Part shown: positions 1-12,145 of the stretch, one piece after another
How positions within the stretch are numbered: the first letter of the stretch is position 1
Layout: each line of letters opens with the position of its first letter
Source of the DNA: Histomonas meleagridis 2922-C6/04-290x
Taxonomy: Eukaryota > Protista > Parabasalia
NCBI GenBank assembly: GCA_020184695.1
Contig: JAANOX010000237.1
Span: forward strand, 1 to 64,000
Direction of reading: 5' to 3'
Length of the DNA: 64,000 nt
Notes under the pieces: generated by a model
Seen by the model: the letters and a program-made list of their open reading frames with translations, nothing else
What the model was told of the DNA's origin: nothing
The model's database searches: none
Translations under genes and position numbers: made by a program

Positions 1-187
1 AAATCATTTAACAATTTAAGAATTTAGCAGTTCGAATCGTTCTTAAATTGCGTCATAATATCCAATTAGTTATTAACTATAAAATATCATTATTTGGAAT
101 TTCAATGGTATTTCAGCATTAGAAGTTCCAATTTTGATTTGTTGATGCAAAAAAATTTTTCTATTATAAGAAAAACAAAATTTGTAA

Positions 188-832
188 TCATTTAAACAAA
201 TGGCTGTTCTCAGGATCCAGAATGAATGGCATGCAATTCGGATACCCATAATGCTCCCAACAAACGCCTGTCTTTGATAACATTTTTGTGGGGCCGAGTT
301 GTTGGTGAATTTCTTCTTCTTTCTTTTCTTCTGATTTTATGTTTTTTGTATATTCGTCAAAAAGCATATCACTAGCAATGGAATTTGAAGATATTTGGGA
401 TCTTGTTCGTTGTTTACTCGAAGCTATTTGACGACGTAATGATTCTAAATTAAGTTTTAGATCTGATGTTTTGGTATATGTATGATTTCGTGGTGTCACT
501 GAACGAGAACTCCTAAATGGCTTTATTGGTGTCTTATTCTTTTCATTTTTATAATTTAAAATGATATCATCTTCATTTAGAAGTGCAGATATAGGTCTAT
601 AAAAAGGCTTTTTATTTTGAATTTTTGCATTCATAGATTGGTTACTAATAATTGTTGTTGTTGAAAGCGAAGGAGGTGTTTCAAAAGTATTCAAATCTGA
701 AAATACATGATTAGTTTTAATTTTACTAGGTGATTTATTTCTTTCTTCTATTCTTCGAGGTTTAGATATTGGCGTTTTTCTTTTCCTAGAGTTTATAGAA
801 TCCATAAACAATCTGTCCCAAACATCTCCCAT
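188..832 (-). CDS. Hypothetical low-complexity S/K/R-rich protein (214 aa)
   Basis: ATG-started 214-aa ORF; no recognisable domain. Confidence 0.6.
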   Translation of the reverse strand: MGDVWDRLFMDSINSRKRKTPISKPRRIEERNKSPSKIKTNHVFSDLNTFETPPSLSTTTIISNQSMNAKIQNKKPFYRPISALLNEDDIILNYKNEKNKTPIKPFRSSRSVTPRNHTYTKTSDLKLNLESLRRQIASSKQRTRSQISSNSIASDMLFDEYTKNIKSEEKKEEEIHQQLGPTKMLSKTGVCWEHYGYPNCMPFILDPENSHLFK

Positions 833-930
833 TTAGTAACGTACAAAGACAAACGGTTTTAATTTTCGATCAAAAGTGATATGACCACAACATGAACTGA
901 AAAAGTTATTTTGGAAAAACATTTTTTTTA

Positions 931-2166
931 ATGCCTGGTAAAAAAGGAAAGAAACAAGAAACAAACGAAGAGGATGATCTTGAATTCCTTATGGCAGCTG
1001 CTAAAGCTAACCAAAGCAAAAAACAAGAAGTAAAGCAAGAAGTTAAGCCAGATAATCATCCTTCTGCACTCGAGCTTCCAAATTTGCCTGAAGCTCCATC
1101 TGTTTCATTCCCTAATCGAGAATTCCCAGAAATTGAGATTCAAGTATATAATGAGAATAACGGATATCGGACAACTTCTGCTGAATTGAAAGAAATAGAA
1201 AGGCTTGAATATATGTCAAGCGTTGTGCCAGATCTTCGTGAAGCAGCTGAAGTTCATCGTCGTGTTCGTCATTGGGCAATGCAATACATCATCAAACCTG
1301 GTGTTAATCTCTATGAAATGTGTCAACAAATCGAAGAAGCCGTTCGTCGTCTTACTGGCTACCAACCAATCACACGTGGCTTAGCCTTTCCATGTGGCTG
1401 TTCCATAAATAATTGTGCAGCTCACTACACCCCTAATCACAATGATGGCCGTGTTCTTAAGCCCGACGACGTCATGAAGATTGATTTTGGTGTCAACATC
1501 AATGGTAATATAATTGATTCAGCATTCACAGTTTGCTTTGACGAAAAATACAAACCACTTTTAGATGCAGCCAAGGAAGCCACCAATGTTGGAATCCGTA
1601 CAGCTGGTATTGATGTTCGACTTTGTGACATTGGTGATGCAATTGAAGAAGTATTCAATGCATCATCATATGAAATCAATGGCAAAAGGTATCAAATTCG
1701 ACCTGTTTCTAATCTCAGTGGTCATTTAATGAAGCCATACACAATCCATGCTGGCAAATCTGTTCCCATTTGCCGAGGCGGAAGTGCCGAGAAGATGGAA
1801 GAGGGCGAACTGTACGCATGCGAAACATTCGGAACGACTGGAAAAGGACGCGTTCATGACCAAGGCGATAACTTGAGTCATTACATGGTGAATCCGCACC
1901 CACCTACGCCACGCACAGTGACACAGCGTAAGCTTCTTAAGACATTACAAGACAACTTTTCGACACTAGCGTTTTGCCCGAGGTTTATAGATTATATCGG
2001 CGAGAAGAAATACCAAATCAGCTTGAGGCAGCTGTGCGAATGTAGAGCTGTCATCGAGTATCCCTCGCTGTCGGATGTAAAGGGATGCCACGTGGCGCAG
2101 TTCGAGCACTCGTTCATATTGTTGCCAACACATAAGGAGGTGTTGAGCAGAGGCGATGATTACTAA
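931..2166 (+). CDS. METAP2: Methionine aminopeptidase 2
   Basis: M24 motifs CSINNCAAHYTPN, KIDFGV..NGNIIDSAFT, NLSGH, ACETFGTTG and HVAQFEHS; C-terminus LSRGDDY is typical of MetAP2. Confidence 0.97.
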   Translation: MPGKKGKKQETNEEDDLEFLMAAAKANQSKKQEVKQEVKPDNHPSALELPNLPEAPSVSFPNREFPEIEIQVYNENNGYRTTSAELKEIERLEYMSSVVPDLREAAEVHRRVRHWAMQYIIKPGVNLYEMCQQIEEAVRRLTGYQPITRGLAFPCGCSINNCAAHYTPNHNDGRVLKPDDVMKIDFGVNINGNIIDSAFTVCFDEKYKPLLDAAKEATNVGIRTAGIDVRLCDIGDAIEEVFNASSYEINGKRYQIRPVSNLSGHLMKPYTIHAGKSVPICRGGSAEKMEEGELYACETFGTTGKGRVHDQGDNLSHYMVNPHPPTPRTVTQRKLLKTLQDNFSTLAFCPRFIDYIGEKKYQISLRQLCECRAVIEYPSLSDVKGCHVAQFEHSFILLPTHKEVLSRGDDY

Positions 2167-2639
2167 AACGAACTTATATAAATTGAAATTCGATTTGACT
2201 TTAGTAAAGACGTAAAAATTCTTTTAACCTTTTTGATAGTTTGCTAACTCAACAAAATTTAATAACTTTTTGGTATTGTTCTTCAAATGGTAACTTGAAT
2301 TTCTCTTTTCTCATTACATTCGCCAAACTCTTTTGTGTAATTTAAGTATGCGCACATGTAAACGTTGTTATGCAATTTTGCTGACATGACAATTTTCTCG
2401 TAAAGTATTGAAAAGTTGATTAGTTTTTTCTCTTTGCTCAAAAAGTGCCCTGTAAACTTCTTAATTTCTTGTGATTCTTCTCAATTATAAATACTTGAGA
2501 ATAGTGTTTGTCAAAGAGAATTTTTGTTTTGCTTCTTCGCGTTCCAAATGGATTTACATGAAATTACCGAAGATAAAACATTTGAAATGATATACAAAAA
2601 ACGATATAACACATGAAAATAATTTTACAAATATAAACA

Positions 2640-4087
2640 TTACTTCATACAAAACAATCGATGGTCATAAGTCGACGGCTTTGTGAGTTGTATTGACTGT
2701 ATCGTTGAGTTTCTTCTCACTGACCTCTGCTTGTTGTCGCGGATGTTGTCCTTGCTGAAGATGACTGTGATTTCAGACAGTTTGTTCCCCAAGTTGATGT
2801 CGCGGTCGTTCTTCGATGCTGTCCGCGCTATCAGTGCCCATTTCTTCAGTTCGTTGTTGTCGTTACTTTCGTTCGTGCTGCACTTACTCCGGAACGCCCG
2901 CGGGTTAATACGCGGCATAATACGAAGAACTTGTTCTGCATATTCACGAATTTGCTTCGACCAGTGCTCTTTCGATGCGTTCAGAATTGGTTCAAACATA
3001 AATGTAATTGCTTGTGCTGAAAATTCATAAATTACATTTTCGAACTTAGTGATCGTCCACAATTTGATCGCTGCTTCAGAAACTTGAAGCGAGAGCGATG
3101 ACGTACAGTGCCCATAAATAGAAAAGATTCGATTAATAAATGGTGAAAGTGTTTTGACTTTCATTTTAGGTATTAAATCTAACGTCAAATAGATAAAAAT
3201 AGTCTCTTTGTTGCTGTCTGTCATCGGCCAGTGCTGGATGATGCTGCTGACAACGCGCGGCAAAATGTTCGGACTGACATCTGTAAGAAAGTCAATTAAA
3301 CACCGATATTCATCTGAGAACATACAAAAATATGGATGACGAAGAATTCGAAGTATTTCATTAAATAATTCACTGAACTCTTGATTACTGATAATAAATC
3401 GTTGGAAAATATGATAAAAAAGTTCTAATACAACGCCAATAGAAAATGGTGGCGATGAATTATAATTAGAAGATTCGAGCTCTTGCCAAAGACGTGATAC
3501 GTAAGCGCTAACACTTTATAGATGAGCGGGAGGTGTGAGTTAGGATGGTCTGGAATAGGTGACACTGATAATGTTCCTCCTTCTGTGAAGTAACGCGTAC
3601 GCTTGCTATTAAAGTCATAACTTAAATTTCGTTGACACATTTTGATAATATCTGAAACATATACTTTCGTGATTTTGGAGGAGAGCGCTTGTGAATTAAT
3701 CAGAGCAATAATTTCTTCAAGATATGACTTCTTTAATTTTTTCAAATCTATATCTGCTTGATCATCTGAAAAATCACAAATGTATGAACAAACTCTGATC
3801 TTTTGGCTAAAAACATTCGCAAACTTTGATGAGTCTATTGGTGGAAGATGTGCTGGAATATTTTTATAATCTGATACATCTGGTTGATCGTCTTTCCTGA
3901 TGGATGACTTAACATTAGGCTGTGGTGGTTCATATTTGATCGGAGAAGGACTTATTGACATTTTTGTTTTGACTGGTGCTAATATATAAACTTTCCTCGG
4001 AAGTGATCCATAGCTGGTAATGATCCTCCCGAGTGAGTTCTTTCTTTGTGGTAATGGAATCTTAAGTGGGACGGAGACTGACCTCAT
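2640..4087 (-). pseudogene. PP2A B56 (B') regulatory subunit-like, copy 1; frameshifted by a 157-nt internal deletion
   Basis: Two ORFs (4087-3425 and 3323-2640) match the 10539-12145 copy. Copy-2 segment ~11147-11303 is missing at the junction ~3482-3485. B56-like motifs: KIRVCSYICDFSD, HLPLIYKVL, QHWPMTDSNKE, LSLQVSEAAIKLW, KEHWSKQIRE. Confidence 0.75.
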
Positions 4088-5079
4088 ATTCGAGGTATTT
4101 TTTTTACCCTAAAATTTCTTTGGTGTTGATTTTATTTTTCTCAATTTTCTGTATTGCCTCAAATTTGTGCGAAACCGATAGGGGAAATAGATAGTGAAAA
4201 CAATAAAATCAAATTTATCGATGATTTCAATTTATATAACTTTATTAATTCATTATGAATAAAAAATTGATTTTTAATTCATTGTTAGCCATTCATTAAG
4301 TTATGTTATAAGCATATCATCAGATATTCTTATTTTAAAAATTTAAGTGAAATTCTGAGTGATCACTTGAAAAAAGGAAGTTTTGAATACGGTTATGACT
4401 ACTTTTGTATGGTTAAATCAAATTTTTGACTTGCCGCGAAATTGAATAGAGAGAATTCAAGTTCTCCTTTGAAAAAAACCGTTTCATAAAATTCGTCAAA
4501 TGAATTCTGTTGGAATGGTTGAGTTGGTTAAACCCTTTGAAAATGTGATTAGCGATCAAAAATTTCCTGACATTTTATATGCGAGAACGTCTTTTCTTAC
4601 ATATCATATTTTTGTTCAAATAGAACGTATGCTTTGATCAAACATAATGAAGTATGGATGCCATCTCTTAAATTTCATTATGATCGTTATATAACTCAGA
4701 TATTATAATGAAATTACTTCATTGAGTAACAAAATAACATGATAAAAATCATACATAAATTGATTTATTCTTGTAATTGTAATGCCAATTATCATCAGGA
4801 GTTAATTTTTTGAAATTCATTGTTTTATCATTTTTAAAATATTATGCTTAAACTCTTCTTTCCATGTAATGCGATGTAGCTTTAATATAAAGGAAATAGT
4901 GTTCATAAAAGGCATATTTTTTATATCATTTAATTTGAAAACGAATTAAACAAGTTTTCTTGGATAAATTTCAATTTAGAGTTGTCTATTCTGTTTGTTT
5001 CTTATATCATTCAATAAAAAGAATCAAATTATAATGTTGGAATATACATGGATCCATTTTTGATCGCTCCAAATCATCA

Positions 5080-5553
5080 ACGGTTATTACAGAAAAACGA
5101 GAGTTATTTAAAATGGATAAAGTAGTGAAAAAGCTTTTTCTACAAAACAACGCGCGGTAATAACCGTTATTAACAAATTGTAGTTTATCACATCACAAGT
5201 CACCGATGTTTTTATTTTTGCGCCAAAAAAATCCCCCATATAAATTCAAAAGCATATTGCTCATTTGTCTATCAGTGTGTAGCAATAAATATATATTTTA
5301 ATTTACATATAATAAACACAATAATATTTCAGAAAAATGAAAAATATGACAATGGCGAAATTAACTTCTTTCTCTAATCGAAAAAAACTTCATCACCGAA
5401 TTATATTTATCTGAATATAAATAATATTTTTGGTACATTAATGTTGTTTTGTTCACAAATGATTTAACCGAAGGAATTTTCCTTCTTAAATTTTCAAAAA
5501 TTTATGCTGTTACAGTTACTATATAGAAAAAAACGACGGTTATAACAGAAAAA
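5080..5553 (+). promoter_or_regulatory. Duplicated 18-nt element containing a Myb/M3-like ACGGTT core upstream of the Akt-like gene
   Basis: ACGGTTATTACAGAAAAA (5080-5097) and ACGGTTATAACAGAAAAA (5536-5553) are 17/18 identical. The core resembles the trichomonad M3 promoter motif. Confidence 0.4.
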
Positions 5554-5601
5554 ATTCAAAGTTTTCAAAGCAATGAGCGCAAAGAAAGAAAAGAAAAAAC
5601 A

Positions 5602-6990
5602 ATGAAACAACAAGATGGGCAGGCTCATAAAGAAGGATGGATATTACGACAAAGTGGAATTTTCAAATCATGGAAACGATTTTGGTTAGTTTATGAAGAT
5701 GAAAAGTTACAATATTTTGCACATCAACCAAAAAAAGGAGCAAAGCCATCCAAGAAAGGAACTATCCAATTAGACAAATGTCAAAGTGTATTATTGGCTC
5801 CTGAATGTAAGAAACAGCCAGCATTTAAAGTTGAAGTTTCAGGACATCATCCATACTATTTTGTCGGTGATACAGCCAATGACGTTCAAAACTGGGTCAG
5901 TTTATTAGAAAATTCGCGTGCCAAAATTCAACGTAAGAATTCTGTACAAGTTGAATCTCCCGCCAATAGTCCACAAAAGAATAAAAAAGTCACATTAGAA
6001 GACTTTGAGATACTTCGTGTCCTTGGGCGAGGGCTTACTGGTAAAGTTCAACTAGTTCGTTACAAAAAAGATAAGCGCTTATATGCCATGAAATCTATGA
6101 GCAAACAACAATTATCCGAGAACGAGCAAGTCGAACAAATACTAAGCGAGCGCAAGGTATTACTTGAGACACATCATCCATTTTTAGTATGTGCATATTT
6201 TGCATTTCAAACGGTCACCAAAATCTTTTTAATCATTGATTATATACCCGGCGGCGAACTCTTTAACCAGCTCAAAGAAGAAGGGAAGTTTTCATTTCAG
6301 CGCACTCAATTATATGCTGCCGAAATCTTGTTAGCTTTAGGACATTTACATTCACACGGAATTCTTTATCGTGACCTTAAGCCAGAAAACATACTTTTGG
6401 ACATTGATGGCCATTTACGTATCACAGATTTCGGCTTAGTTAAGACCAACATGACGCAAGGCTCTACCGCGAACACGTTTTGTGGCACAGCTGAATATAT
6501 GGCGCCCGAAATCATACAAGAAATACCGTATAATAAGTCCATTGATTGGTGGTGTTTCGGCATTTTAATATACGAAATGTTGGTCGGGCATCCACCGTTC
6601 TATAATGAAAACACAAATCGTTTGTATCGATCTATTGTTAAGGATCCTGTTTCATTTCCTCGATTCCTAAATAACGAAAGCGTTTCGTTCCTCACCGCGT
6701 TGTTGCAAAAGTCGCCCGAAAATAGACTCGGATCAAAAGGTGACTTCGAGGAGATAAAACAACACGAGTTCTTTAAGGGAATAAACTTCGACGACGTATA
6801 TAATAAAAGAATAAAGCCGGAGTACGTCCCGAAGATTAAAAACGAAATGGATACGTCACACTTCGAACCGGAATTTACTTCGGAACATCCGGCAGTGTCT
6901 TTGGAAGAAGAGACGCTGCTCGACGAGGAAACTCAAAAAGCATTTGTTAACTTTACATGCGTTGCTGAAGAAAATATTATGAATCAATAA
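5602..6990 (+). CDS. PH-domain AGC kinase (Akt/PKB-like)
   Basis: N-terminal PH domain (KEGWILRQSGIFKSWKRFW), YRDLKPEN, DFG, TFCGTAEYMAPE and C-terminal hydrophobic motif FVNFT. Confidence 0.93.
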   Translation: MKQQDGQAHKEGWILRQSGIFKSWKRFWLVYEDEKLQYFAHQPKKGAKPSKKGTIQLDKCQSVLLAPECKKQPAFKVEVSGHHPYYFVGDTANDVQNWVSLLENSRAKIQRKNSVQVESPANSPQKNKKVTLEDFEILRVLGRGLTGKVQLVRYKKDKRLYAMKSMSKQQLSENEQVEQILSERKVLLETHHPFLVCAYFAFQTVTKIFLIIDYIPGGELFNQLKEEGKFSFQRTQLYAAEILLALGHLHSHGILYRDLKPENILLDIDGHLRITDFGLVKTNMTQGSTANTFCGTAEYMAPEIIQEIPYNKSIDWWCFGILIYEMLVGHPPFYNENTNRLYRSIVKDPVSFPRFLNNESVSFLTALLQKSPENRLGSKGDFEEIKQHEFFKGINFDDVYNKRIKPEYVPKIKNEMDTSHFEPEFTSEHPAVSLEEETLLDEETQKAFVNFTCVAEENIMNQ

Positions 6991-7570
6991 ATTATATTTA
7001 TATTGAATAACTTATTCGGCTTTAAGTGGAAGTCAACTCGCAATAAATTATGACTGCAATGTTTATTCGATATAAATAAAATATATAAAATCACTAATTT
7101 TGTCAGTATTTAACTAAAATTATCGACAAAATCATATTGTCGAATTGGGCATGATACCCTGGTGCAGTAAATCTCATAACTCAAATTAGGTAATCATTCT
7201 ATGAATTTGTTCAAAATCCTGGTAAACCTGGGCTTGTTGACTAGTAGTTTGTTGGCTACTGTTCTATGTGATTTTTTTTTTTTTGAGAGAATATTATCTT
7301 GACTAGCATGGAGTGATTTCCTACGACTATAATTAAGATGTGGATATTGACATATTTTTTATATTAGTTAGTCTTACATATAAACAAAAGAACATATTTA
7401 TGTATATAAAAATATTAAAAATTTTTACTTAAGAAAAATGATGTCCTCATAACAGCTAGAGAAAAATTCAATATCTTCCATTTTGTTGTGCAATGAATAC
7501 AATTTTGTTTGATTTATGTAAAATTGACATGTTATTAATTTAAAAGTGACATATGTGATTAAACGATCAA

Positions 7571-8383
7571 ATGATGGAAAAAATAAGTAAATTTACTGTT
7601 ATTCTTTGGGTCATTGCTTTTATATCTGTATTCCTTTTGACCATAGAATTAGCTATTAACTTACAGACACCAAGAAACTTTTATACAAATGAAAGCATCG
7701 GCCAGACCAAAAATACAAATATGTGTTGTCTCGCAACAATCGTCGATGAAAACAACATAAAACAGGCTCTTGTTCTAGGACATTCATTGTCTCAAGTTTC
7801 TCCAAAAATTCCTAAAATTATTGCTCTACAGACAAGCCAAATTCCATCAGATAAAAAAGAACAACTTTCCAAATACTTTGAAATTCATGAAGTCATTAAC
7901 CAAACACAAAACCTTTCACATCAAGAATTAATATATTGGGAGCTTGAAGAATATTATCCAGTGATTGCTGTCAGAGCTAATGGTGTTTTCAATTCATCAC
8001 CATATAAGCTTTGCTCAGCTCCACCATTTTCTGCAGTTTCCAATCGTGGTGATGCAATCTTTTTTGATACATCTTTTATGGTATTAGATCCAAAGCAAAA
8101 ACTTCAACAAGACAAATCCACAAAGAAATTTTATGACCTTGCAAACGGACAAATAATTGATTGGAATCCTCTCCGCACTGATTCATCAGTTGAAGATTAT
8201 TCAAATGAATACATTGATTTTTGGCTTCGCTACTCAACCCCAATTTACATCCACTACGCTGATGACGTTTTCAGCAATGCATTGAGCGGCAGCGGACAAA
8301 CCACAGGATCTAAAGGATTATACAAAATAATCCTTGAGATAGTACAAAAAGCCAAACGAGACCTCGGTGACACACTTTTGTAA
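7571..8383 (+). CDS. Type II membrane protein, divergent GT8/glycogenin-like fold
   Basis: N-terminal TM helix; CLATIV..NIKQALVLGHSL resembles the GT8 N-terminus; no DxD motif visible. Confidence 0.5.
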   Translation: MMEKISKFTVILWVIAFISVFLLTIELAINLQTPRNFYTNESIGQTKNTNMCCLATIVDENNIKQALVLGHSLSQVSPKIPKIIALQTSQIPSDKKEQLSKYFEIHEVINQTQNLSHQELIYWELEEYYPVIAVRANGVFNSSPYKLCSAPPFSAVSNRGDAIFFDTSFMVLDPKQKLQQDKSTKKFYDLANGQIIDWNPLRTDSSVEDYSNEYIDFWLRYSTPIYIHYADDVFSNALSGSGQTTGSKGLYKIILEIVQKAKRDLGDTLL

Positions 8384-8676
8384 TTTTAAAAAAATAGAAT
8401 TAATTTTTTTTTAATTGCATAATGATATTTTTCGAATTAATTAAAATTTTTTGTTTTTTATTCAAACTCATTAGCTAAGTGATAACAGTGTTTTTTTGTG
8501 TGTTTTTAATGAAAAATGTTCGTAAAAGATGAAGGCTAAAGTCAACCAACAACAAAAATGATCGGATTCAATTGAATTATATTTCAAAAAGTTCTAACAC
8601 ACAAATATGAAAAGTGACAGTATTTGCTTTGTCAAACTGACACAAATTGAGAACCCTTTTCATTTCTGATCTCGAA

Positions 8677-9141
8677 ATGTTTTTCTTTTTCCTTGCCTTC
8701 TCACTTGGTATCAATGAACCCAACTTAGTTGTTCCGAGCCAAATTTCAGCTCAGGATTCTTGCGATGTTTGCAAGGATACCATCTATGAACTCAAAAGAA
8801 TCTTTCTCGATAACCCAACAATATCTAAGGCTAAAACAAAAGCAGCAGCAATATGCTATGAGTTCATGGATGACACTGAAAATGAACTTTGTAATAACAT
8901 ATTAGAAAACATAATTAATATTCATGAAATGTATGAAGATAACCCAACACCACAAATTTGCAAGAGGTACGGAATGTGTACCTATTCATTCAATTCCGAA
9001 ACTAACGACGGAAAAAGTTCAATCAAGAAAATTGCAGAAAAAATCGAAGCTAAAGCGGAACGTCGTTTCGGTAAATTCAAACATTTTACCCCTCGCAATG
9101 AATCTTCTAGGAAAACTCCCCACCTCTATAAAAAGTATTAA
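8677..9141 (+). CDS. Secreted saposin-like protein (SAPLIP)
   Basis: Signal peptide MFFFFLAFSLG (ATG 8677) followed by the six-Cys saposin B pattern CDVC...C...C...C..YGMC. Confidence 0.8.
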   Translation: MFFFFLAFSLGINEPNLVVPSQISAQDSCDVCKDTIYELKRIFLDNPTISKAKTKAAAICYEFMDDTENELCNNILENIINIHEMYEDNPTPQICKRYGMCTYSFNSETNDGKSSIKKIAEKIEAKAERRFGKFKHFTPRNESSRKTPHLYKKY

Positions 9142-10538
9142 ATCTATTTGTGTTTAACAAACCTTCAATTAGTAAAAATTAAAAACTTTGAATTCATTTT
9201 TTTAATCAAGCATAACATCAAGTCAAGCCATTCTTATAAATCTTTTTTAAGTTATATATAGAAAACTCATTAATTTATTTGACAATATTTGCTATTGATC
9301 TGATAAAACGATACGAGAGAATTAAGTTAATGAGTAAATTTTATTAGCTAACATTAAAGTACATTATTAATTAACATATCTTAAAATTAATACAATTCCA
9401 ATTATAAATGTTTTTGGTAGAATTTTAAAAAAATTAAGTGGAGTAGTAGAGTCTGTAATATCAACAAAATGGGTATTTTCGTTTTTCTCATTTAGAAGTT
9501 TTGCTGATTTTGTTGTGATTGTTTTGATTTTTGACTAAGTTCGTCTGATATGAATTTTCCTCTATTTTATGATATTAATCATGAATTCGCGAAGTGCCTG
9601 TATTTCCATAAATTAATTCAAGCATATTATATAAATATTTTTACAATCTTACAATTTTTAAAAAATAATTACCTATTCGATAAATCAATACTTTTCTGAG
9701 TTATTAGAAAACTGCAAGTTGTACATATTCTGGTGTATTCTTTTTGATCAACGATACTTTCAATAGAAATTTTTTTTCAAATAAATCAAAAAATCGAAAA
9801 TTCGAAATGTAATACCAAAACTATATTGCGAAGCCACTATATAAACAAGATCCTTTTCAAGAGTTACCTCATATCCAGCCCAAAATGTACGACGAAATCT
9901 GGGTGGAAACGTCAAAATCGTTCAGCATTCAAATTTTGTTTTTCAATGAAAAATACCAGAATAATCAATGATTGAGTATTTTAACCGATACGGTCGCTTC
10001 GTTAAATTAGGCAAAATGCCGTTCCCAACTGAATTGAGTTTTTTGAAATGAGTATCAATATTTTTCGAGCAGAAATTTAATAGTAATTAAGACAATTATA
10101 AGGTAATTGTAATATATAGTTAAAAACATGAGTAAAAAATAGTTCATTCAGAAATTTTTATTTTATAATTGAATGCAAACTACCGCTGGTGAACGATGAA
10201 ATTGAAAAAGCATAATTTAAATATTTAAATATTCAATTTGTTTGGTTTGGTCCGCAACTCAAAATCGAACAAAATCTTCAATGATAAACTTAAAAACAGT
10301 AAATTAACAAAGGATTTATATATAATTAAGAATTATATTTCGAGATTATTCGTAAAAATTTGCAAATTAAAATAAGTTATTAAGATAAATCAATTTATTT
10401 TTGGATGATAGTGAGTTACATAATTATAAAAATAATTCAAATTTTTGAGTTTTGATAGAATATTGAAGGGCTTTTCAATGATTTGAGGGCTTTGAACACC
10501 CTTTTTGGCCAATATCAACTTGATTCTTTTCCTCTTGA

Positions 10539-12145
10539 ATGAGGTCATTATCGGTTCCACTCAGGCTTCCATTCCCTCAACGAAAGGCCTCACTTGGGAG
10601 AGTTATTTCTAGTTGCGGATCTTTGCCTCGAAAAGTTTATATATTTTCACCAACAAAATCAAAAATTCCTGAAAGTCCTGCCCCTATCAACTATGAAGCA
10701 ACGCCTTTCAACGTCAAGACACCGATTAAAAAAGACGATCAACCAGACTTATCAGATTATAAAACTATTCCAGCACATCTTCCACCAATAGATTCGTCAA
10801 AGTTTGCGAATGTTTTTAGCCAAAAGATCAGAGTTTGTTCATACATTTGTGATTTTTCAGATGATCAAGCAGATATAGATTTGAAAAAATTAAAGAAGTC
10901 ATATCTTGAAGAAATTATTGCTCTGATTAATTCACAAAGCGCTCTCCTCCAAAATCACGAAAGTATATGTTTCAGATATTATCAAATAGTGTCAACGGAA
11001 ATTTAAGTTATGACTTTAATAGCAAGCGTACGCGTTACTTCACAGAAGGAGGAACATTATCAGTGTCACCTATTCCAGACCATCCTAACTCACACCTCCC
11101 GCTCATCTATAAAGTGTTAGCGCTTACGTATCACGTCTTTGGCAAGTACGATGACATCTTTAATTTCGAATTCATTCGAACACTTTTCCAATATTTACGT
11201 TCGAGTAATGTTAAAGAGCGGAAAACAGTATCCACCATTCTTGAGCATTATATTTTTTGTAGCAAGCAGCACAAAGATTTGATATATCCGATGTTAATTC
11301 AAGAGCTCGAATCTTCTAATTATAATTCATCGCCACCATTTTCTATTGGCGTTGTATTAGAACTTTTTTATCATATTTTCCAACGATTTATTATCAGTAA
11401 TCAAGAGTTCAGTGAATTATTTAATGAAATACTTCGAATTCTTCGTCATCCATATTTTTGTATGTTCTCAGATGAATATCGGTGTTTAATTGACTTTCTT
11501 ACAGATGTCAGTCCGAACATTTTGCCGCGCGTTGTCAGCAGCATCATCCAGCACTGGCCGATGACAGACAGCAACAAAGAGACTATTTTTATCTATTTGA
11601 CGTTAGATTTAATACCTAAAATGAAAGTCAAAACACTTTCACCATTTATTAATCGAATCTTTTCTATTTATGGGCACTGTACGTCATCGCTCTCGCTTCA
11701 AGTTTCTGAAGCAGCGATCAAATTGTGGACGATCACTAAGTTCGAAAATGTAATCTATGAATTTTCAGCACAAGCGATTACATTTATGTTTGAACCAATT
11801 CTGAACGCATCGAAAGAGCACTGGTCGAAGCAAATTCGTGAATATGCAGAACAAGTTCTGCGTATTATGCCTCGTATTAACCCGCGCGCGTTTCGGAGTA
11901 AGTGCAGCACGAACGAAAGTAACGACAACAACGAACTGAAGAAATGGGCACTGATAGCGCGGACAGCATCGAAGAACGACCGCGACATCAACTTGGGGAA
12001 CAAACTGTCTGAAATCACAGTCATCTTCAGCAAGGACAACATCCGCGACAACAAGCAGAGGTCAGTCAGAAGAAACTCTTCCTCTTTTCCAAAGCAGTTC
12101 ACGCCAACAAAGCCGTCGACGTATGCGCACAGGCTCTGCTTCTAA
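10539..12145 (+). pseudogene. PP2A B56 (B') regulatory subunit-like, copy 2; two +1 insertions near 10936-10998
   Basis: Inverted paralog of 2640-4087. Copy 2 has CACAAAGCG vs CACAAGCG and CAACGGAAAT vs CAACGAAAT. The ORF is split into 10539-11006 and 10967-12145. Confidence 0.75.

Noticed and set aside
4330-4800. Coding-like intergenic patch (similar patches at ~9870-10060 and ~45735-46400)
   Set aside because: Possibly decayed mobile elements or pseudogenes, but no motif, TIR or TSD could be identified by eye.
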